Notes under the pieces: model-generated
The model's input: the letters and a program-made list of their open reading frames with translations, nothing else
Told to the model about the DNA's origin: nothing
Databases searched by the model: none
Source of the DNA: Octopus vulgaris
Taxonomy: Eukaryota
Reading direction: 5' to 3'
Assembly (NCBI GenBank): GCA_951406725.2
Contig: OX597814.1
Coordinates: 123,256,001 to 123,320,000, forward strand
DNA length: 64,000 nt
Shown: piece after piece, positions 13,489 to 24,773 of the stretch
Numbering within the stretch: position 1 is the first letter of the stretch
How the letters are laid out: every line of letters starts with the position of its first letter
Program-made: the position numbers and the translations under genes

Positions 13489-15108
13489 ATGAAAACAGGG
13501 AAAGCCCCAGGCCCATCAGGAATTACTGCAGAGATGCTCAAAATATCTGGTAGTGTCGGCTATAGCCTAGTCACCCGTATAGTTAACCAGGTGATACATG
13601 AAGGAGTCATTCCCAATGACTGGTGTAGCAGCATAATAGTCAGCTGCTACAAAGGTAAAGGTGACGCCCTAGATACAAATAGCTACAGGGGTATCAAGCT
13701 GCTGGATCAGGTAATGAAGGTTACGGAGAGGGTTATAGCCCAACTAATTAGAGAGAGAGTTAGCCTAGATCAGATGCAGTTTGGGTTCATGCCAGGGAAA
13801 AGTACTACTGATGCTATTTTCATGGTAAGACAGCTGCAAGAGAAATACCTAGCCAAAGACAAGCCCCTATACCTGGCTTTTGTTGATATGGAGAAAGCCT
13901 TCGACAGGGTCCCCCGATCCCTCATCTGGTGGTCAATGAGGAAACTAGGGATAGATGAATGGTTAGTGAAAGCTGTACAAGCCATGTACAGAGACGCTGC
14001 TAGTAAGGTGAGGGTTGGCACCGAGTACAGTGAAGAATTCAGGGTAGAGGTTGGGGTCCACCAAGGTTCAGTCCTCAGTCCCCTCCTATTTATCATAGTC
14101 CTCCAGGCAATAACGGAGGAATTCAAGACAGGATGCCCCTGGGAGCTCCTCTATGCTGATGACCTTGCTCTAATTGCTGAGTCTCTATCAGAACTAGAGG
14201 AGAAGTTTCAGGTATGGAAACAAGGTTTAGAATCGAAGGGCCTTAGAATCAACCTAGCCAAAACCAAAGTCCTAATAAGTAGGAAGGTAGACCAATCACA
14301 AACCCCTTCAGGTAGATGGCCCTGCTCGATCTGTAGAAAAGGTGTAGGAAGAAACTCTATAAGATGCACCAAGTGTAAGCTATGGACACATAAGAGGTGC
14401 AGCAATGTCAAAGGAAGGCTAACTAGGAAGATGGTTTTTGTATGTGGCAGATGCTCAGGAACAATTAACACTGAAAATGCTCTGAGACCAACTTCCGTCA
14501 CTTTCCAGGGAGAAAAGCTAGAAGTAGTAGATAGTTTCTGTTACCTAGGTGACCAAGTCAGTAGCGGGGGCGGGTGCGCTGAAAGTATAACTGCTAGAGT
14601 AAGAATAGCCTGGGCAAAGTTTAGAGAGCTCTTACCCCTGCTGGTGACAAAAGGCCTCTCGCTCAAAGTAAAAGGCAGACTGTATGATGCATGTGTACGC
14701 ACAGCCATGCTACATGGTAGTGAAACTTGGGCTGTGACTGCTGAGGATTTGCGTAAGCTCGCAAGAAATGAAGCTAGTATGCTCCGATGGATGTGTAACG
14801 TCAGTGTTCATAATCGACAGAGCGTAAGTACCTTGAGAGAAAAGTTGAACCTAAGAAGCATCAGTTGTTGTGTGCAAGAGAGACGTATGCGCTGGTATGG
14901 TCATGTGGCGAGAATGGCTGAAGATAGTTGTGTGCGAAAGTGCCACACCCTGGCAGTTGAGGGGACCTGTGGAAGAGGTAGACCCAGGAAAACTTGGGTC
15001 GAGGCGGTGAAGCACGACCTTCGAACTTTAGGTCTCACCAAGGAAATGACCAGTGACCGAGACCTTTGGAGGTATGCTGTGCGTGAGAAAACCCGGCAAG
15101 ACCAGTGA
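13489..15108 (+). CDS. RTE reverse transcriptase (539-aa open frame) with an inserted PHD-like C4HC3 finger
   Basis: All RT motifs are present, with YADD at 14152-14163; CSIC...CTKCKLWTHKRC...CGRC at 14323-14454. Confidence 0.93.
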   Translation: MKTGKAPGPSGITAEMLKISGSVGYSLVTRIVNQVIHEGVIPNDWCSSIIVSCYKGKGDALDTNSYRGIKLLDQVMKVTERVIAQLIRERVSLDQMQFGFMPGKSTTDAIFMVRQLQEKYLAKDKPLYLAFVDMEKAFDRVPRSLIWWSMRKLGIDEWLVKAVQAMYRDAASKVRVGTEYSEEFRVEVGVHQGSVLSPLLFIIVLQAITEEFKTGCPWELLYADDLALIAESLSELEEKFQVWKQGLESKGLRINLAKTKVLISRKVDQSQTPSGRWPCSICRKGVGRNSIRCTKCKLWTHKRCSNVKGRLTRKMVFVCGRCSGTINTENALRPTSVTFQGEKLEVVDSFCYLGDQVSSGGGCAESITARVRIAWAKFRELLPLLVTKGLSLKVKGRLYDACVRTAMLHGSETWAVTAEDLRKLARNEASMLRWMCNVSVHNRQSVSTLREKLNLRSISCCVQERRMRWYGHVARMAEDSCVRKCHTLAVEGTCGRGRPRKTWVEAVKHDLRTLGLTKEMTSDRDLWRYAVREKTRQDQ

Positions 15109-15158
15109 GAACAGTTTAAATCAAGATCAAACCAAATTGAGGTCGATCAACATCAGGG

Positions 15159-15988
15159 CCCCTGTGCAGGTGACACGTAAAAGTACCATCCATTCATAGC
15201 CGTTTGCCAGCCCTGTCTGGCCCCCATGTCGGTGGCACGTAAAAGCACCATCCGTTCGTGTTCGTTGCCAGCCTGGCCTGGCCCCCGTGCCGGTGACACG
15301 TAAAAGCACCATCCGTTTGTGGCCGTTTGCCAGCTCTGTCTGGCCCCCGTGCCGGTGACACGTAAAAGCACCATCCGTTCGTGGCCGTTTGCCAGCTCTG
15401 TCTGGCCCCCGTGCCGGTGACACGTAAAAGCACCATCCGTTCGTGGCCGTTTGCCAGCCCTGTCTGGCCCCCATGTCGGTGACATGTAAAAGCACCATCC
15501 ATTCGTGTCCGTTTGCCAGCCCTGTCTGGCCCCCATGTCGGTGACATGTAAAAGCACCATCCGTTCGTGTCCGTTGCCAGCCTCGCCTGGCCCCCGTGCC
15601 GGTGACACGTAAAAGCACCATCCGTTCGTGGCCGTTTGCCAGCCCTGTCTGGCCCCCGTGTCGGTGGCATGTAAAAGCACCATCCGTTCGTGCCCGTTGC
15701 CAGCCTCGCCTGGCCCCCGTGCCGGTGACACGTAAAAGCACCATCCGTTTCATGGCCGTTTGCCAGCTCTGTCTGGCCCCCGTGTTGGTGGCACATAAAA
15801 GCACCATCCGTTCGTGTCCGTTGCCAGCCTCGCCTGGCCCCGTGCCGGTGACACGTAAAAGCACCATCCGTTCGTGTCCGTTGCCAGCCTCGCCTGGCCC
15901 CGTGCCGGTGACACGTAAAAGCACCATCCGTTCGTGGCCGTTTGCCAGCTCTGTCTGGCACCTGTGCAGGTGGCACGTAAAAAGCACC
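15159..15988 (+). repeat. Tandem array of about 60-63 bp units (14 copies of GGTGRCACGTAAAAGCACC) in the RTE 3' UTR
   Basis: Motif recurs at about 15169, 15231, 15292, 15354, 15416, 15478, 15540, 15601, 15663, 15725, 15787, 15847, 15907 and 15969. Confidence 0.95.
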
Positions 15989-16163
15989 CACTACACTCAC
16001 GGAGTGGTTGGCGTTAGGAAGGGCATCCAGCCGTAGAAACACTGCCAGATCTGACTGGGCCTGATGAAGCCTTCCAGCTTCACAGACCCCAGTTGAACCG
16101 TCCAACCCATGCTAGCATGGAGAACGGACGCTAAATGATGATGATGATGATGATGATGATGAT

Positions 16164-16400
16164 ATATATATATATATGTGTGTGTGTGTGTCTTTGTGTC
16201 TGTGTTTGTCCCCCACCCCCCATATCACCACTTGGTGTGTTTACATCCCCATAACTTAGTGGTTCAGCCAAAGAGGCTGATTGAATAGGTACCAGGCTTA
16301 AAAAATAAGTACTGGGGTCGATTCATTTGATTAAAAAATTCAAGGTGGTGCCCCAGCATGGCCACAGTTTAATGACTGAAACAAGTAAAAGGGTAAAAGA
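16164..16400 (+). mobile_element. SINE family A 3' half
   Basis: (TA)(TG)n, tgtgtttgtcccc...gcatggccacagtt..gactgaaacaagtaaaag. Confidence 0.8.
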
Positions 16401-16401
16401 T

Positions 16402-16444
<43 letters not shown>

Positions 16445-16752
16445 ATGTGGATAGGGGCTGGTGACCTTGACATGTGAATGTTTGTATGTGTAAGTATGAG
16501 CATCTGAAAAGTGTGGGTGCTGGGAAGTGGTCAGTGCTAGTGTGTGCAGGGTGGTGTGATGTGGTGTGGTGTGGCATGATGTGGTGTGGTAGTGTGTGGT
16601 TTGCTGGGAAAAGGGCAGTGCTTGTGTGCGGGGGTGATGCGATAATGTGTGGTGGTGTGGTGTGGTGTAGTATGTGATGGTGTGGTATGTTGTATGTTAT
16701 GGTCTGGTGGTGTGGTGGTGCGGTGTAGGATGTGTGGTGTGTGTGTGTATAT

Positions 16753-17135
16753 ATATTAATAGTTATCGCCAAGTTAACATGGCAGTCCAGAAAAATAGGA
16801 CAAATGCTGCCATTGATTAACTCCAGGAGGCCATTGCCTCTAGCTAGCTATGTGACACTAAACCTGTGTCCATTATAACCTTCGAACAGGAGAGGTCATC
16901 AGCTTCCCCTTGCTGGTATGACATCCACAGACTAGTTTTGAGGTAGTTACCTCTAGTCTGTGGATGCCAAACCAGAAAGGGGAAGCTGCTGACCTCCCCT
17001 GTTTGAAGGTTGTAATGGACACAGGTTTGAGTGTCACATAGCTAGCTAGAGGCAATGGCCTCTTGGAGCTAATCAACGGCAGCATTCGTCCTATTTTTCT
17101 GGACTGCATGTTAGCTTGGCGATAACTATTAATAT
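16753..17135. mobile_element. Foldback (near-perfect palindromic) MITE, about 380 bp
   Basis: atattaatagttatcgccaag...ccacagactag pairs with ctagtctgtgg...cttggcgataactattaatat over about 180 bp per arm. Confidence 0.9.
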
Positions 17136-17181
17136 CCAGTACAGCTGCCATAGTCTCCTTTAGAAAGAATTAGAAATAACG

Positions 17182-17224
<43 letters not shown>

Positions 17225-17226
<2 letters not shown>

Positions 17227-17428
17227 CGGGAAGCTTTATGAAAATAAACAAAAGACGAAGGCAGGTGGAAAACAAACGAACAATTGTATTAGTATGGCGC
17301 TCAGGAAATATAAATAAAACAAGTCTTTAACGTTTCGAGCCTACGCTCTTCAACAGAAAGATACACAGAGAGAGAAAAACACAGAAAGAAGGAGAGAAAA
17401 AAATGCGTGCAGTAGCTAACGAATCATA
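17225..17428 (-). mobile_element. Penelope-like terminal remnant with a hammerhead-like motif (17324-17361)
   Basis: Minus strand: tcttt CTGTTGA a gagc gtag gctc GAAA cgt TA aaga; abuts (TA)n. Confidence 0.5.
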
Positions 17429-18295
17429 CAGCCAGCTTCTTTTAGTTTCTGCCAATTTCATTCACAAGTCTTTCATAGAAGACACTTGTCCAAAGTGCCA
17501 CACAGTGAGACTAAACCTGAAGCCATATCATTGAAAAGTAAACTTCTTCACCATATAACAATACCTGTGCTTATATCACACACACACATGCACAAAAACA
17601 CACACACACGCACGCACACATGCCTACATAACTTTAAAATAGAATAAGGTAACAAAAAAAGATTCTTATACAAAACAATTTTCTTGTAATGGAAATCATA
17701 AGTTGAAATTTAGCCTTCATTACAAGAAGAAGGCCAAATCTATTCCAAGACCATTAAATTAAAGATATCAGTTTTATATGAGAAGCGTGCAAAAATGTTT
17801 ATCTCTATCTGTTTGTCTTTGAGAAACTTCAAAGTATCACACATTGTTTACAACAGTTAATGGTTGGGTGTAGGACGCTGAAAAGCCACATTTTTGTTCT
17901 GGATATTAAAACTAAATATTATTTGATAAGATAAAATTTCTAGGAACATGTCGATAAGACATTTTGCTATCGTAATCTTGCCACAAAGAAGATTTGTGTG
18001 TGTATGTGTGTGTGAGTGTGTGTGTGGGAAGGGGGTATGAATATATATTTATATATATATATATGTATGTATATTTATGTATTTAAGTATTATGTAATGT
18101 ATGTATTTAAGCATATAAATTTTACTTCTAGTTTCATTTGAAAGAATTTCAAAGTTTAGATAAACATGTGATATGTCTCACACTATATACTTTATACATT
18201 TGCATCGTTGTGTGCGCGTGTGTATGTGTGTGTGTGTACATATATGTATATACATACATGCATATATACTTATATAAACATATATACATATATAT

Positions 18296-18700
18296 TTATT
18301 TCTTTATTGCCCACAAGGGGCTAAACATAGAGGGGACAAACAAGGAAAGAGAAAGGGATTAAGTTGATTATATCGACCCTAGTGCATAACTGGTACTTAT
18401 TTAATCGACCCCAAAAGGATGAAAGGCAAAGTCAACCTCAACGGAATTTGAACTCAGAATGTATCGGCAGACAGAATACCTATTTCTTTACTACCCACAA
18501 GGGGCTAAACATAGAGGGGACAAACAAGGACAGACAAACGAATTAAGTCGATAGTGCATAACTGGTACTTATTTAATCGACCCCGAAAGGATGAAAGGCA
18601 AAGTCGACCTCGGCGGAATTTGAACTCAGAACATAGCGGCAGACGAAATACCGCTAAGCATTTCACCTGGCACGCTAACAATTTTGCCAGCTCACCACCT
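18296..18700 (-). mobile_element. SINE family B (MetaSINE-like core), internally duplicated
   Basis: Two copies of ctggtacttatttaatcgacccc..aaggatgaaaggcaaagtcgacctcggcggaatttgaactcagaa; head ggtggtgagctggca on the minus strand. Confidence 0.85.
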
Positions 18701-19451
18701 TTATATATACATATATATACATATATATTATTAATGTAATGTGTTCATCTGTGTGTTTGCTGTTTGTGTGTATGTATGGGTGTGTGTATGGATGAGTGTG
18801 TAAATGTGTGTGTGTGTGTGTATATGCATTTAATTTTTTTATAATTTCGACCTAAAACCAATAAGTTTGAGATGAGGGTGGCACTAGACCATACAACACT
18901 GCTACTTTATTTTATGAGGCCCATTGGGATGAAAAACAAGGTTGATTTCAGTGAAACTTGAACTCAGAATGTAAAACTCTGTAACAAATAACCCAAACCA
19001 TTTCTTCCTCAATAGTTTCCATTTCATTTAACATCTGTTTCTTCGTACTCAATGGCTTAAGCATAATTCTAATGGCTCGATGTTCATCTTGTTACAAAAC
19101 CTTATGTTTTTCTTACGTAATAGGTTATTTATTTTATTCCAGAAGCTTCAAAAGCACAGAGAAAACAGACAGTTTATCGACAGGAAATGTCAACAAATGC
19201 CATCAGTTGCACCCTGGCTATAAACTGTCATTATTGCTTATAGCAGAGCTGCAAACCATAATGTTACAGTTAGGTAACCATTACACACTCATATACATTT
19301 ATATTCATATATAAATATATCCATGTGCACGTGTGTGTGTGTATGTGTGTGTGCGTGTTTGTTTGTGTGTGGATGTGTGTGGGTTTGTAACAAACCTCTT
19401 TCAATGCCATTCTACCAAATTACCTCTGAGAATTAGGATGGTTGTCAAGGG

Positions 19452-19542
19452 CTTGGGCAAGTGTCTTCTACTATAGCTTCGGGCCGACCAAAACCTTGTG
19501 AGTGGATTTGGTAGGCGGAAACTGGAAGAAGCCCATCATATA

Positions 19543-19573
<31 letters not shown>

Positions 19574-19772
19574 CTTTGTCCCCCCCCCCAACATCGCTTG
19601 ACAACCAATGTTGGTGTCATTACATCTCCATAACTTAGCGGTTCGGCAAAAGAGACCAATAGAATAAGTACTAGGCTTACAAAGAATAAGCTCTGGGGTT
19701 GATTTTCTCGATTAAAGGTGGTGCTCCAGCATGGCTGCAGTCAAATGACTGAAACAAGTAAAATAATAAAAG
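19452..19772 (+). mobile_element. SINE family A, 5'-truncated
   Basis: Starts at cttgggcaagtgtcttc and runs to the tail. Confidence 0.85.
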
Positions 19773-19774
19773 AA

Positions 19775-19805
<31 letters not shown>

Positions 19806-19806
<1 letters not shown>

Positions 19807-20274
19807 TGGTTTCATGCAGGCATAGCATGAATTCGATCCTTGATCGCCAAATTTCACTTAACAGTTCATAACAGCACTTTTCTCAGTTGAATTATCTCAC
19901 TAACTAGATTCTGCCTTTGGTCACCTCTGCGTCATCTCCTTTTGGCCAGCTCACTTTTTCCTACAGTGTTTTAGTATTTATAACTATGCAAAACCAGCTA
20001 GAAGGATAGACATATTGTTGAGAACAATAGATTTCGTTAGTGGTACCTGTTAGCTCAATTCTAATTCAATTATCTCATTTCATTTGGTGTCCCAGAAGGA
20101 GTCAGAAGGGTCAAGTGGCAAAGACATTATTTCACTTAGTGAAGGCATCTGGTAAATGTAACTACTGCCATTCACATAGAAACTATTGTTTTACAATGAG
20201 AAAAGTGCTGTTGAACTGTTAAGTGAAATTTGGCAATCAAGGATCGGATTCACACTATACCTGCATGAAGCCAC
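19806..20274. mobile_element. MITE with about 80-bp terminal inverted repeats
   Basis: gtggtttcatgcagg...cagcacttttctca pairs with tgagaaaagtgctg...cctgcatgaagccac. Confidence 0.85.
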
Positions 20275-20284
20275 TACATATATA

Positions 20285-21520
20285 TCATCATCATTTAACG
20301 TCTGTTTTCCATGCTAGCATGGGTTGGACGATTTTGACTGAGGGCTGGCAACCAGATGGCTGCACCAGGCTCCAATCTGATCTGGCAGAGTTTCTACAGC
20401 TGGATGCCCTTCCTAACGCCAACCACTCCAAGAGTGTAGTGGGTGCTTTTTACATGCCACCTGCACGGGGGCCAGTCAGGTGGTACTGGCAATGACCTCA
20501 CTCGAATCTTTTTACATGTTCCACCAGCACAGGTGCCAGTGAAGCGACATTGGTAACGATCACGTTCGAATGGTGCCCTTTTATGTGCCACGAGTACGGA
20601 AGCCAGTTGGCAGCTCTGGCAACGATCACGCTCGGAAGGTGTTCTTGGCACCCTACTAGCACAGGCATAAGTGCCGGTAAGGCAACGCTGGTAACAATCA
20701 TACTTGAATAGCTGCTCTGTCAACGATCACACTCGTATGGTGCTCTTTGCACCCCACTAGCACAGATGCCAGTCATCAAAATGATTTTGATTTTGATTTC
20801 ACTTGCATCAACAGGTCTTCGCAAGCAAAATTTAGAGACCAAAGAAGGAAAAGCTACGCATAAGTGGGCTGGTTATGCTCCTGGCATAGGCCACGGGCTA
20901 TGGTCTCATCTGGCTTGCCGGGTCTTCTCAAGCACAGCATATTTCCAAAAGTCTCGGTCGCTAGTCAATTCCTTGGTGAGGCCTAATGTTCGAAGGTCAT
21001 GCTTCATCACTTCATCCCAGGTCTTCCTGGGTCTACCTCTTCCACAGGTTCCCTCAACCGCTAGGATATGGCACTTTTTCAAACAGCTGTCCTCATCCAT
21101 TCTCACCACATGACCATACCAGAGCAGTCATCTCTCTTGCACACCACATCTAATGCTTATTAGGTCCAACTTTTCTCTCAAGGTACTTACGCTCTGTCGA
21201 GTATGCACACTGACATTACACATCCATCGGAGCATACTGGCTTCATTCCTTGTGAGCTTACGCATATCCTCAGCAGTCACAGCCCATGTTTCACTGCCGT
21301 GTAGCATGGCTGTTCGTACACATGCATCATACAGTCTACCTTTTACTCTGAGCGAGAGGCCCTTTGTCACCAACAGAGGTAAGAGCTCTCTGAACTTTGG
21401 ACAAGCTATTCTTATTCTAGCAGTTACACTTTCAGTGCACCCTCCTCCACTACTGATTTGGTCACCTAGATAACGGAAGCTATCAACTACTTCTAGTTTT
21501 TCTCCCTGGAATGTGGCAGA
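20285..21520 (-). mobile_element. 5'-truncated RTE LINE copy (RT C-terminus, 3' UTR with diverged array units, tail)
   Basis: ORFs 21128-21547 and 20906-21109 are nearly identical to the end of 13489-15108; one in-frame stop at about 21128. Confidence 0.93.
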
Positions 21521-21989
21521 GGAAATAGTGACACAACAAGGTACCAATTACTATTGTGCATGTGTATGTGTGTGTATGTGTATGTGTGTGTGTGTGTGTG
21601 TATGCATATATATATATATATAAAAACCAGCTTAGAGAAGAAGAAGAAACGAAACGAATCGAATCGAATCGATGCGAGGGCGCTCAGTCATACAATAGTG
21701 TAATAAATAAAATATATGCATGGAGTTGAACTAGGGACAGCTGATGAAGGGGATTTTTCCTTGTGTAGTTGTCTTGTACTCTGTTTTTTCGTTGTTAAAA
21801 AAATGGTCCGTTCTATGCTGTTTTTACTTTTTCGTTTCTTGTTGAGTTCTACGTCTATTTGTGGTGTCCTGTACACACGTATATATATTTATATATGCAT
21901 GTATATATACATGTAGATGTAGGTACGTACATATATGTTTGCATGTATGCATATATTTTATTTATTACACCATATATATATATATATAT

Positions 21990-22110
21990 ATGTTGCAGGA
22001 GATTCCAAAGATGTCTGGAGGTCGTGGTTGAAGCCAATGGTGATTTTATTGAATAAATTTACTCTTAAGTATTTCAAGATATTTTTATGTAATTTTGGTA
22101 AATATTTCTG

Positions 22111-22113
<3 letters not shown>
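21990..22113 (+). mobile_element. 3' fragment of the same mariner-like element as 22366-23151, in inverted orientation
   Basis: gatgtctgg..gtcgtggttgaagccaatggtgattttattgaataaatttactc is the reverse complement of about 22430-22550. Confidence 0.75.
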
Positions 22114-22158
<45 letters not shown>

Positions 22159-22365
22159 TAGTTTAAAAAATCTTATGGTATACACTTCAAAGTTTGCTGT
22201 TAGAACACATTCACTGGTTCAGTGTTTGTTGTGTATTTGATTAATGAGAGAGATGGAAGATGCAAGAATCTTTATTGATCACTACAACAAACACAGAGTC
22301 AGTCAACATACTTTATCAGCAAACTACCAGGTGTATACCATATAATTTATTAACTAATATACATA

Positions 22366-23151
22366 CAGGGTGCAGTGAATATATTGTTGTCTAAATTACA
22401 CAAAAATGAAAATAATACTGACATCTCATTTTAACAGATATATTTACCAAAATTACATAAAAATATCTTGAAATACTTAAGAGTAAATTTATTCAATAAA
22501 ATCACCATTGGCTTCAACCACAACCACCAGACATCTTCAGAATCTCATGCAACTCTTCTGGACAGTCTCTCTGGTGAATACTGGCATAATCCTTGCCTTC
22601 AGTTCATCTTTGGTGTTACAAGGAGTTTTGTTGATCTCTCGCTCAACTGTGCCCCACGCATGATAATCAAGGGGGCTGCAGTCTGGGGAGTTGGGGTGTC
22701 CAGATGTTAGGGGTTTTCCAGCAGCCACTCTCTTGACCCAAGGCAGCATTATCTCCACCATGCACTTGATGTAGGCCTCTGTGTTGTGTTTGAGGTCATG
22801 TGGGAAGATGAATGGAAGCATAATGTCACCATCACTAGTGATCAGTCTAAACACCATGATGTTGACTGGATGTTTGATTTTTATCATTCTTAGTATCTGA
22901 GCTTAGATTGCATTGTCCTCAGATTGACACCCAAACACTCTGAAATGTTTATACTGGAGCTTCCAGTATGAATGCCAAGCAGTACCACATGTTGTTTCCA
23001 AATTTCTGGCAGAATGAATTGTGTCATGGTGCTGTTTTCCTCACAGGTGGTGTTCAACTGACCCTACTATAGTCGACAAAATCAAAAACAAACAATACGC
23101 ATGCATGAAATTAAATATATAAAATGGTGACAATTTACCCATCGCAGCCTG
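22366..23151 (-). mobile_element. Internally deleted Tc1/mariner (maT/DD37D-like) DNA transposon
   Basis: TA-CAGGGTGC...GCAGCCTG-TA ends; ORF 22537-22887 reads KHPVNIMVF..ITSDGD..PFIF...PNSPDCSPLDY.AWG. Confidence 0.8.
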
Positions 23152-23301
23152 TATAAGTGCATATATGTGTGTGTGTGTGTGTGTAAATACATTTATGTCA
23201 TCGTTTAACGTCCGTTCTCCATGCTAGCATGTGTATGTACATATATATAAATATATATATGTACGTACATACATACATATAAATATGATAAATTGTTGTA
23301 A

Positions 23302-24740
23302 TGTTGTAATCCTTAATGTCAGACAGTTATAATGCCCCACTCTGATATAGCAGTATTGTTAGTAAGACAAGAAGACCACAACTATCTATGACCATCTACT
23401 TCGTACTCTCTGTTTATACTGACCAATGTCACCTTATTTATAGCAACTAGTGTATACCCTTCATCACGTGGGCCGAGTGTACCATTATTACTATTATCCC
23501 CACAATATCTCCCTTTTAAGTTTTTCTTTTTTTTTCTTAAGGAGTGTTATTTTATTTTATTTTAATACCAATACTTTTTATATCATCCCAACTCCCTTTT
23601 TTGATTTTTTTTTCTTAGTTCCACATTTAATATTTTTTTTCCATTTGGCATCTACTTCCAGGAACTCCATACATTTTCTTTTCTTACACTTGTGCACATG
23701 AGTTCAATCACCTGTAGTGACATTTGTACTTGAAAGTACCATATAACCATTCTGTTGGTTCTATCATTCTCTTGGGTTTGCCCTCAACAAATTTTTTTTT
23801 CAGTTGGTTCATGTCTCTTGTATATGCCTTTTCTACTTTTTACCAAATATAGCACTTTTCCTATGCATTTGGTAATCACACCATCTTCCCAACTCTGTTT
23901 TCCATTCTTATATGCCCTCACAAACACTTTTTCACTAATTTTTAAAAATCTTGCTGTATTTTCCCTTGCAATTTTTCTTTTTTTACCCAGTAGCAATTTG
24001 TCGAAGACTGATTTTATTTGTTTTCATCACAAACATTGACTCCACCAGTTACATACTTGCTGATGTATTTGGATTTGGTGTCACACAGTATACTCTTAAG
24101 AGTTGTTGTATACTCTTAAGAACTTTTCCTTACATGTAGACCTCCACATACAAAACATGGGTCTTTTTCTTGATTTTTGTCCTGTTTGTACTGTATTTTA
24201 GTACACACTTTATTTCTATTCTGTCTATTTCACACTTGTTTCACTTGGGAGCAATCTTTATGCTCAATTTTCTCTGTATCGAGTCTTAAATTTACTATTC
24301 TTTCACACTCTTATGACACTTGTAAGATTACAACTTGGTTTTGTTCCAACTTAGCAAGAATTCTTGTTCTTATTTTTGTGTCTGCCTCTGCAGTTAGCCC
24401 CTGAGTAAATATCAGGCACTTGAACATATCTGGCGTTAATTCGTCCAGAATGAATTTTTCACATTCCCTGTTAACTCTACCAGCATATGTGATGAAGTCC
24501 TCCACGTTGTTCTTTTCTAGGTTCAAATATCTCCAACATGTATTGAACAACAAGCTTTTCTCACAAAAATATTTACACAATATATATTTATTGTATCTTT
24601 AAAGTTTAATGTCAGAAGGTTTCTTTTTCAGGAGTATGTAATTACTGTAACGCTCATCTTCTCTTGCTTCTACTATAGCCTTGGGTCGACCAAAGCCTTG
24701 TGAGTGGATTTGGTAGACGGAAACTGAAAGAAGCCCATCG

Positions 24741-24773
<33 letters not shown>

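Larger units (their letters stand above)
12690..16163 (+). mobile_element. 5'-truncated RTE-clade non-LTR retrotransposon (APE C-terminus, RT, 3' UTR array, (GAT)n tail)
   Basis: SQIDYIL...QHRMVV (APE end), TWWWN linker, KAPGPSG, YRGIKLL, QFGF, FVDMEKAFD, GVHQGSVLSP, LYADD, FCYLG, YGHVARM, GRGRPRKTW; microsatellite tail. Confidence 0.97.

Noticed and set aside
15159-15988. CRISPR array next to a reverse transcriptase
   Set aside because: Linkers are near-identical variants rather than unique spacers, there are no cas genes, the context is eukaryotic, and the RT is a clear RTE LINE
15127-16105. Long minus-strand ORFs (286, 192 and 303 aa)
   Set aside because: They arise from the stop-poor tandem array; repetitive peptides in all frames
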